Source of the DNA: Bigelowiella natans CCMP2755 | Taxonomy: Eukaryota > Protista > Cercozoa | DNA length: 37,965 nucleotides | Assembly: GCA_000320545.1 (NCBI GenBank) | Contig: ADNK01000420.1 | Coordinates: 1 to 37,965 of the forward strand | Reading direction: 5' to 3' | Shown: one piece after another, positions 12,402-23,876 of the stretch | Layout: each line of letters starts with the position of its first letter | Numbering within the stretch: position 1 is the stretch's first letter | The notes under the pieces: model-generated | The model's database searches: none | Seen by the model: only the letters and a program-made list of their open reading frames with translations | What the model was told of the DNA's origin: nothing | Translations under genes and position numbers: made by a program

Positions 12402-13085
12402 CTATTCTCCAACTTGTACTTCTTCCATCACCAGCGCTGGTGCTGATTCTTCTTTGCCGTTGTTCTCATCTGCGGTCTTCCTCTCTTTTATCTTGCTGGC
12501 ATCGTTTGTCTGTTAAAAATAATACGAATGAATGTGAATAATATCGTTCAGAGACACCAACCACAGAGACCCTCTCCCCCCCCTCACTTCTCTCCATCAT
12601 CGCTCTATTATTCTCTTCTATTAATGCTCCCCTACCGACCGACCTTTGTTGTAGACGCGAGTTCTGATTCAGCGCCCTCGTTATCCCCGTCCTGATCATC
12701 CTCAGGTATCATTGACATTCTGCTCTTTGTCCTTCCTCGACTTATTCTCTCCTTGTCGCGGTCGTTCGTAGCGCCTCCTCTCCCTCCACGTCTCTCAGTG
12801 AGATCTGACGTATTGTTTCATCAATCGTGAGTTGTGTATTGGGAGGAAGGCCCGACGGATGGATTCGGCCAGAAAAGTTAGAAACAAAAGACCTAAATGA
12901 CCTTCTAGACGGACATGCTTATGTGAGTAGAGGTAGGAGGAGGAGGAGGAGGAGGAAGCTGAAAGATGCTAACCCACCACTAGCAGCAGCAGCGATCTTC
13001 TCTCCCTTCTGAGCGGAAACTTCGATGTTATCTCCATCTCCTTGGTCTACTTTTATGAAAAACAAACGAAAGCACCGAAGAGTGT

Positions 13086-13126
<41 letters not shown>

Positions 13127-13364
13127 CATTTACGTATATCATGTATCTCACCAAAAATGGCAGATGTATTCGCTCATCATCATCTTCTTCATCATCATCA
13201 TCATCATCATCATCCGCCCTCTCGTCGTCATCATCGCAGAGAACATAGAGATAGAGAGAGGTAGCGTCATGAATCATTCGCACATCGTTCTTGAGTTGTC
13301 CGAAACTTACTACCAGAAGCAGAAGAGGAGGAGGAGGAAGGAGAAGTATCAGTTGAAGAAGAAG

Positions 13365-13396
<32 letters not shown>

Positions 13397-13976
13397 GTAG
13401 TTGCAGAGGCATCGCCGTTGTGAGCTTTCTTTTGGAAATTCTCCATATTCTTTGAGATATCCTTCGCTGACAACGATGTGCCGGTGGATGATGCCTCTAC
13501 TGCTGCTGGTGCTGCTGCTGCTGATAGTGTCACTTTCTGTGCTATACCCCCCTCTATTCCTACTGTTGCATCATCAGTCTCCTGTTTCCCCGAAGACACA
13601 TCATCGGTGTGCTCAAAGTTGTCATTGGAAGAAGAAGAAGAAGAAGAAGAAGAAGAAGAAGAAGAAGAAAGCTTCGAGTTCGTCGTCACTTTGTTTTCCG
13701 TGACTGTAGTTGTCTTGCGGGCAGATTCCCCTGCTTTTTGTATTGATACAGCAGACACACGACGCACTCACGCACTCACACAAATATACAATTTGAATAA
13801 ATATCGAATTCGAAACCCATATTATGATTTCATCCATAGCCTGCATTTGATCAACTAGGCTGACAATCTTCCTCCCCCCCCCTCAACGATATACCTCTAT
13901 CACCAGCTCTATCACCCTGATGGATGGGGGTGTTGAAGACAATTCGGAAACAGCAATAACCAACAAACACTCAAGT

Positions 13977-14016
<40 letters not shown>

Positions 14017-15259
14017 CATGTATATTATCATATTGATAGAAAATGATGAAACATCGCTGATATACTACTACAAAAGAAAGGGTTGTCATTGCAAATGTTG
14101 TGATGTTATGTACACACAGTGTTACGAGAGACTTTTGCGGATGATCCACCCTCTGCCTTCCCCTCTTTTTCCATTCCCTTCGCCCCCACGTCCCCATCCT
14201 CGTTTATCTCAGTCTTAGTTTTCTTCTTCCTCGACGTCTCAGGGGGGGGAACGCTCTCTATTCCCTGATACAAATGATGTGGCAAAGCGTGGTTTTTAGC
14301 GAAAATCTCCTCTGCTTTATCTCACTGATCTCGAAACAATCGATGGGAAGCATCTGGAACCCTGCACGGCACGGCGCGCGTAAACCATGCAAGAACCATT
14401 CAGCATTCGCATCCATCTTCAAGTCGAGAGAACACCGACAATTGCTTTCTATACAATCATTCACCATACCGAACAGTCGTCCCGACTGTCACGCATAGAT
14501 TGCATGCCACGATATATGATATATGCACGCACTGAGCAGCAGTACCCCGGACAACTTGAACCCTTCGCCGTACGCCTTTCCGTTTGATAGATCATTCCAG
14601 TACCTAGCAGCAATTATTCCACGTCAGAGATGTTGCTTTTCAGTTGAACGATGTGCCATCGGAACGGAGGAGCTCCTTTACGCAGAAGGATCTAGGTTTG
14701 GATTCGTCATCGCTGAGAATGAGAACTAGACCGCGACGCATTTGCGCTGTGCCGCCGCCGCCGTACCAATGGCCACTTTTTGAGCAACTTGCGGTGTTTT
14801 CAGTGCTGCTGCTACATCTCAGGAGAGATCCTCTAGTTTGGCGTGATTTGGAAGGGGTAGGCCAAAGCATCATATCGAGGAGGAGGAGGAGGAGGAGGAG
14901 GAGGAGGAGGAGGAGGGAGAACAATAATACCCGTGAGTTTGTTTGATGACATCTGCTGCCTTGGAAGGTGGCTCGAGTTCTGTTGTTAATGCAGGAGAGT
15001 AGTCAAGAACCACAACACCATCAGTATTGTGTAGCACGGAAGTCAAAGATCTACTTGCATGCATGTGTGTGCATGTGTGCATGTGTGCGTGTGTTTGTGT
15101 GTGTTTTCAGGAGGTCGGTGTTGATCCCAGAGGCACTGCTGCTCGCACTACGAAATAGAAAGTTGCCGAAGAATGTATTAGGATATTATTTGTCCAGGAC
15201 TACAACTACTTACGTTTCTTCTCCAACTCATTCCTTTTCTTCCCCTCTGGAATCTGAAA

Positions 15260-15303
<44 letters not shown>

Positions 15304-15630
15304 ACATACGATATAGCAATTATCCAAGAAATTCTTCCATACAGAGAATACCATTGCCTCTGGAAGATTGCTTCGCTGGAGGATAATCATCATCATCGAT
15401 GCGTTTTCGAAATTCAATGTTCAGGACAATGCATCGGTTTTTTAGTACTAGTTTGTTCATTATCATCATCATCATCATCATCATTATTATCGGTTGCAGC
15501 AGAAGCAGCAATAGTAAAGGCAATTGTTCGTAGAACTTTGTAATTTATGAGCCAATCCATGAGTTTCGCTATGAGCCCCGGTCGGTGTTTTTCGAGGCTG
15601 TTTTAGTAGTAGCAGGAACAGATCAGTCAA

Positions 15631-15682
<52 letters not shown>

Positions 15683-16092
15683 GAACAAGTGATGACATAT
15701 CTCCCTCCTCCTACTCCACCTCCTCCTACTCCACCTCCTCCTCCTCCTCCTCATCCAACCTGTTCGCATCGTGGATGTTCTCCGCATCAGGAGCAGTCTT
15801 ATCGATGGCCACCAGCTTGTAGTCAAGCTGTGTGCCGCGACATATTTAGTTAGTTAGTGTGTATGTGTGAGTGTGTGTGTGTGTGTGTGTGTGTCTGCCT
15901 TGGGGGGAGGTGGAGGGGGAGGGGGAAGGGGGGGCATACTCAAAATTCGTATTGTTCTATTTGAAGAGTGATACGCAACGAAAACGATACAAACACTTGA
16001 TGATGTTGTTGCTGTTCTTGAACAAATTATCGAGGTGTATTATCAACGCATATCATCCACATGATTACCATTTCCACCACGCCACCGACGTT

Positions 16093-16124
<32 letters not shown>

Positions 16125-16554
16125 TATCTTCACCATTACCTCTCCTTGATCTATCACAGAAATCATTCCTATTATCTTCACTGCCACTACAGCACCCGTA
16201 CCGAGGACATGCCCTCTATTTACCCACAATCGCGGAGAACAACAAATAGAGTTATCGGAATCGAGAAAAACAACGAGAAGAAACAGAATATGGCAGACTC
16301 CGTTCCCTCTCTCTTTACAATCGATGTTTTCAACGCTTAAACATCAGATTTTTTTGACGCAGCTCACAAAGAATCGCTATTATATAGTAGTAGTACCCAA
16401 TCTCCAATACGTCGAGGGGATCTCCATCTCCAAAGCGACCCTTATCGTCTTGTAGGTCATCTGCCTCCCATGTTTGAGGCAAGAAACCATAGTTGAAAAA
16501 GGGAATGCCGTACCTGTGCGTGGAAATGATGTAAGTGAAAGGGAAAGGAACATT

Positions 16555-16610
<56 letters not shown>

Positions 16611-16672
16611 AGACATCGACTATTCGTGGTCATTTGCAACCGATAATCGAATGGTTCTGTGAGCGACGGCGG

Positions 16673-16703
<31 letters not shown>

Positions 16704-16981
16704 AATGACGATGACGATGACGATAATGCTAGTGGTGGAGGTGATAGCTATGGAAGAAGTGAGTTAAACGTACAGGTAATTCCTGGGGAGATTGTGCTTC
16801 TGATCATGAGCAATCGGGTTGAATGCCTGTGATTATTGTTGCTGCTGATGATGATGATGATGATGCATAGGAGGAGGAGAAGAGAGGAAAACATCGGTCG
16901 TATCCATCAAATGGCCGACATTGCAAAACATATTATCTGTATATATAATTCCTCCGTTGTTGGAGAAGGAAAAGAGCAATG

Positions 16982-17022
<41 letters not shown>

Positions 17023-17598
17023 GAGAATAATACTATACCAAATCCACGTGCTACATTTAGTATGTATATATATAGGCTGAATATATTGTTTTCACGTACG
17101 ATTTTCTTCTGCATCTCAAGCTTATCCGTACGGCCCATCGGTATCTTTGCACCAAGTAACGACAACAACAACAACAACAACAACAATTACAAACACTCTC
17201 AAATGAAATAGAATAAAGAGGGGGGGGGGCAGGGGGAAACAAGAAAAACATGAATGGTCGGTTGGTTACGATTAGTTGCAGGAATGGGTACTTTGTTGAT
17301 TATGGCCTCTTTCTTCTTCTTCTTCTTCTTCTTCTTCTTCTTCTTCTTTTATCACTACTACTACTACTACTACTACCACCATTACCACCAGATGTTAAAT
17401 TGTCCTCAAACAGCAAGCAACACACCTCTACCAACATATTGCACGAAATGATAGTGCCGCCATCTTCTTCGGAGCCTGCTCCTCCACTGCTGCCTCGTCT
17501 CTCTTCTTTGAGGTTGAGAGGAATATCGTGCCATGGGGATATCTTGTTACCGCTGATGATAAAGTCATTCGTTAATCAAGGGGCAAGGACAGATATAT

Positions 17599-17640
<42 letters not shown>

Positions 17641-18530
17641 AAGTATACGAATGCAAAAGATGACAGGTTTTTACAATAATGCTCATAATATCTTCTGTAT
17701 ATTTAATTTCAAAAAAACCGGAGGAGTAGCAGCAGCTTCCTTTTCATGTATTGCAATAGTACTACTGGTACTTGCATTTCTTCTTCGTCTTCCTCTTCTT
17801 CTTCTTCTTCCTCTTTTCCTCCTTCTTCTTTCTTATTCAATACCTTCGGTCGTTGAAATGTAACATCCAATCTGTTGTTGTTCAGTGTGATGACGTCCAA
17901 GGTAATGCAATCAAATAGTCAGTACTGCTGATGGTGACGATTGTGTACTACGAAAACGATTATGATAACGATGACACTGGCACGTTCAGTTTTTCCAATA
18001 AATTTCGAAATGATAAATTCAGTAACCGAAGATCTAAATCTATATGCTTCTTGCACCAAACATCTGATCTACTCATCAACTAATCACTTGCATCCATAAA
18101 AAGTGAGGAATGATGGAAAGACGATGCACTTCATTATCCTCCTCCTCCTCCTCCTTCTTCTTCTTTCACTCATCATAGTTGTTGTGCATTCTCTATTTGG
18201 TCAGTGTCAGCATGGCATCATAAAGCAAGTGATGATATAACAATCGTACTATGTTCATAAATAACCATACCCAGCTTGCCGAACGTGCCACTTTCCTCTA
18301 TATTGCTCGTAGCAGCAGCTAGCTTGGGAGCCCCGAGCATGCGGGAGAATGGTACCCATTCTGGTAAGTTCTGAGCAAGAAAGCAAACTATCAATACGAG
18401 GAAGAAGAAGAAGACAAAGGAGTAGTGGTAGTAGTTGATTTAAATTCAGTACGAATGCATACTTAATATAATGAGCTACAGGATATTTAAATAAATGTAC
18501 ATGGATTCTATACATATAATACATGTGCAC

Positions 18531-18574
<44 letters not shown>

Positions 18575-20040
18575 AACCGGATTCTGATAATACGCTATCA
18601 TGATGTTCCAGCCTTCCTCAACCATAAAACTGCAGCATTGCATGTATGTGGCGGATGTTGGGAGGAGGAGGAGGAGGAGGAGGAGGAGGAGGAGGAGGAG
18701 GAGGAGGAAACGACAACACATAAGTACAACAACAAAAACAATAATAATATTATTATTATTAATGATAATAATAATAATGATAACGAGACTAATTACTGTT
18801 GATTCTTTCTTGCCTGTGACATTACCATCAATACTCCATCTACCACTATTTATCACCTCCGAAATTATCTTCAACCATCATCGTCATCATCATCATCACC
18901 TTCGCATCATTATCCTCTTTAACTAGCGGCAGCTATTTTTTTTTTTCTTCTTCTTCTTCTTCTTCTTATTATTATTATCATCATCATTACTATCCCAATC
19001 ATCGTTGCTGCATTGATTCTCACCCAGATGGGACGCATGAAAGCGTATCCTCCCAATCATTCGGAATTCCTCCAACACACTCCTGAGAATAGAGAATCGA
19101 TAATCGTGATCAACAAACCGCACAAAGAGCACACAAAAGCAGCACTGGCAATAACTGTTAAGTCCAACCTTCACCCCCTTCCGAGCCATCGCTCGCATTT
19201 TTGAGCCGGATATTGACAAGAAATCCTTCAAATACAAAACAAACACACACACACACACACACGCGTGTACATATATTAGTAAACATTTTACAATGCGTTT
19301 TGTAGGCAGGTTGTACGATGTGCATTGGAAAAACAAATGCAAAGAGCAGAACGGATGATGCATCATCCACGAGCAGTACCTTTTTCCGTGAAGAGTCTCT
19401 CTTCTTCATTTTCATATCTTTCGTATCATAATACACCTGCGGTGAAGAATCAAAGGCTCATGTTCATCCGCACATGCTTGTGATAAGGCACATCATCGAC
19501 CGACAGGGCTGGTGACATCGGCAGCAGCAACAATGTAATAATATCGAGGACACCTTGCCAAAGGACAGAATTTGCATGTCACCCATGCCAGGACTTGTTT
19601 GCAGCACGTATCTAAGAAGAAGAAGAAGAAGAAGAAGAAAAGAGGAGATAACACCAAAAACAAAGTAAGGAAGAGTAAGATGATTCCAGAAGAAGAAAAA
19701 AGATGAAAAGGAGATAAAAGGGAGGAGAAACCCTGCATTCAAGATCAGAATCGGATTTAAGTAAGAGCCCCCCCCCCCCCCCCCCCTTCCCTTTTCATCA
19801 CCCGATCGGGGCCTGGTCATATAAATTTGGGTGCCCCAAAACCAACTCTACAGGATAACACAAGCGAGCTATGATTCTAGTTGACGTGTCTGTCATCTGA
19901 CGTTGCTCCAGCATTCCTCCTCGACTTGGCATGCCACTGTACTTCTGTGGGACCTGCATACATCATCGGCGAAGGCCATATTGCCAGCACCGTTGAGGCC
20001 GGTAGCATCCCCTTTTCTATCACCTAACGATACCCGGTAG

Positions 20041-20090
<50 letters not shown>

Positions 20091-20286
20091 GGTTTGATAC
20101 AGTGACTCTACTACTTTTACTACTACTGCTACTACCTGCACATGTTGTTTAATTCTCACATCCAAGGGCACATCGTCAGCCTTGCTCCAACCCCCCAAGG
20201 GTGATAGCCATAGCGTTGGTTTTCGGAATCCTTGCTTCTTTAGCCGATTTCCGGCCTCTTGCATCAAGTGGGCATGTCTGAATATG

Positions 20287-20318
<32 letters not shown>

Positions 20319-20339
20319 GGGGGGGGGGGGGGGGGATGC

Positions 20340-20374
<35 letters not shown>

Positions 20375-21526
20375 TGTTGTTGTTGTTGTAGCAGTATTAG
20401 TAGCAGTATATTCGTAAGAACGTGCCTGTATGCTCGGCAGATACTAAAAACACATTTTAGAAAATGAAGTTAGGCTGTAAGTACCCCGCATGAGTAGGAT
20501 TTCGAGTTTGGAATGCATATACAGCATCAGCGTTTCGTTGTTTGAATTTGCCTCGTAGCTCTTCCGGCGTGAGACGATATTTATCAAGCCCATCGTCATA
20601 CCTATTAGCAGTAGTAGTAGTAAGTAGTAGTAGTAAGTAGTAGTAGAAGTAGTAGTAGTAAGTAGTAGTAGTAGTGTGGTAGTAGTAATAGCACGTTACA
20701 TCCAAGAACAATTTAAAATAAAACAGTGATTTTCGAAACCAATCCGAAAGCACCGACGAGACTCCCAAGAGTAAACTATCGTCACGTTTTGATTTGTAGC
20801 TTAGTAGCCGTAGTATTTTGAGTAACATCCCGCCTCTCCCACCCTGACCTTATTCGTTCGAGCAGCTCGATTTCTCCTCCAAGAAGCCAATTGCCAGCAT
20901 GCACCCACTTCTGCATGTATCTGTCAAAGAGGAGGAAAAAGAAGAAGAAGGGAGAAGGGGGGTACAATGTCAAAGTTGGATGCACACGAAGCGTAGGCCA
21001 TCGAAGTTGTAGTATCACGATGATGATATACCGACAAGCATGATAATGATGATGATGATGATGATAATGATTACGATTCTTACTGTTATTGTTATTGTTA
21101 ATGTTAATGTTATTGTTATTACGGATGATTCTTGTCCCATCCCCCGAACACACGCGCAATCATTTCGTCCTTTCGAAATCTAATGAATCAATAAATCCTT
21201 TGTGTCACCGAGGGCATTGGGGGAAATGTGTGTGTGTGTGTGGTGCTTTTGTTGATGATAATGATCATGGAGTGATATGATGTGTCTATTCGAAATAACA
21301 CAAAGGAATTAAGAATATCGTTTCTCTCGTTTGTATATGTTGAAATACTCGTAGATTTCAGGATCTGTAAGTACAGCGATGACCTTTCCTGATAATTGGC
21401 CAATGATCGATGACACATAATAACAATAATAACATCGTGAAAGGTGAATTGCCCTGCTACTCTATATCACCATCGTCTTCGTCGTCATCATCATCATGAT
21501 TATTTTCAACAAAAGAGAAAGGCACA

Positions 21527-21563
<37 letters not shown>

Positions 21564-23122
21564 GTCGGCGCGACAAGGGCGATTTTCTTCTCCTTCGATT
21601 TGATTATTGCATCTTTTGTGTTGTCATTGATTGGGAGAACGATAGGAATCGGCATGTTCACTCGCAGTCCCATTTGCAGCTCAGTAGAGTAGTCATCAAA
21701 ATTGGTCTGTTGAAGAAAGAGAAGAAGAAGAAGAAGAAGAAGAAGAAGAAGAAGAAGATGATGATGAAAAGGAAATATAAATATCAGAAAACAAGGAAGA
21801 ATGAAATGCCTCCTAGCACATTCCAAGGGGAGAACATCCCACAGTACTGAGCACACTGAAATGTTTGTTTTCTATGAATTTCACGCGAGGTAGCCATTGC
21901 TCCCTACTCAGCCGTTGTTCCACAGCATTGCATATGCTAGTAACAATGGATTAACCACCACCATCATCATATTTCTAAAGTCTCCAGATCCTCTACACCG
22001 CACCTGCGTGGTGAGGGCGTTCTTATTGCCCGTCAAGTCGTTTGGATCTAATAGCAGAGAGTTGAAATGCAGAGTCTGTAACAAGGCCCCCTCGCGCATA
22101 AACCCTGTCAGCGGGGACGCCCACCCCTCACCTTATCACCACATCAAGAGAAAGGAGAGAGAGAAGACAGAGAAGACCAGAAAGACAAAAGGCGAGGACG
22201 AGAGCAGAACCAACATTGTATTTGTATTAGAGATGTAACGAATGAACTTGATTGGCATCGTATCTGAAAAGAAGACCCCCACTTGCAATCTACAGGAGAC
22301 CACAACTTACGGAATACACCGATGTATCTCGCTTCTACAACAAGCAGGACAGTTTGCCGTGCCGACGAGGCGCTTAACGTCGGTGTGTAGGGAACTATCA
22401 TTCGTCGTCTCCTTGCTACATGTGCACGATGAGCAAATCTCCATATTTTCAAAGATAGAGGTCAAGAAGAAGAGGTACTGCTAATACGGCTCGTTCTGAC
22501 ACCACAGCGCGTACTCAAAAGACTACACTAGCAGATACAATGCTACTACCGATGCACTGAACCCAGTTGACATCCACATTCGTAAGCAGCACTTTGGGGA
22601 ACTTCGCAGCTGCGGCTCGTGAGTAGGTTGAAAACTGCGGGGTTTTCCAGTTGAAGCCGCCGTCTGGAGGGCTCTGCAGCGGATACCACGATGGGACCTT
22701 TGCACGCCGCGGAACAACACGACAATATGACGATATCAAGCAACAATGACAAAGTCGTCATAAGAGGATGCTGGTAGTGGTGATATGGTTGCAGGTTACG
22801 GTGTATTTTTTGTCTCAAGACATCAGCAATCACAGGGTGGGGAGAGACTGCCAACGGTGCCAAATCATCCCCATCAGGACTTTTGGAACTACACGGTTCT
22901 ACTGCATGATACAGTGCCCATATGTTGTTGTTGTGAGAAGTTGCTTACGTTATAACCAACAGATACCCCACGGCTGAGAAGCGCCTGGTTACATGCAAAA
23001 GCATCACAGAAAGCCGCAACTTTATCATCGCCATTATCATCATCTATCATGATCATCGTCGTCATATCAACGGCTCTGGTGCTAGTCTTTAACTGCCCCG
23101 CAGGGTATGTTTGTGTGTTTGC

Positions 23123-23161
<39 letters not shown>

Positions 23162-23299
23162 GGTGATTACAAAGATGGTGGTGGTGGTGATGATGATAAT
23201 ACATAAAGGACGTCATCATGATCATCATATATTCCAAACCTTTCCTATCTGTATTGCAGCCTGCTCTGCTGCCTTATCATCCTACAACAGTGGTGGTGA

Positions 23300-23337
<38 letters not shown>

Positions 23338-23674
23338 CTATATCAGTGGTAGTAGCAGTAGAAGCAGTAGTAGTGGTAGTAGCAGCCGTGTTGTCTTATT
23401 TATATAATTTAACGTTCATCTGTGACACATCCTCCTCCTCCGCCGCCTCCCCCAAGATCCACGGGTTAGTTAGTGTCGACGGGATTATTGGGCATAACCT
23501 TGGCAGTGAGCATGATTGATATTTCTGGATGTGTTGGGGATTCGTATGGCTCTATCTCACCGCTACCAGTGTTTCCGATGATACCGAGTGATGACGACGA
23601 CGATGGTGATGATGATGATGATGGTACAGGACCCAAATCTACTTGAACCTTAAAAAATTAATAGAAACAGTGCG

Positions 23675-23712
<38 letters not shown>

Positions 23713-23841
23713 GAGGATGTGGCGTTATCCGTACTATACACACGGCTTGCTTGTCGCCATCGTACCTACCTCGAGAAAAGGAAGGCCTCTAACGTTGTGC
23801 GACCTGCCAAAATCCAAGCCAAGATTATTCGTTAAAAAGAG

Positions 23842-23876
<35 letters not shown>

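Noticed and set aside
13025-23519. Numerous + strand ORFs with poly-Leu, poly-Arg, poly-His, YIYIYI or CVCVCV tracts
   Set aside because: Translations of intronic microsatellites or antisense to exons of the fusion gene.
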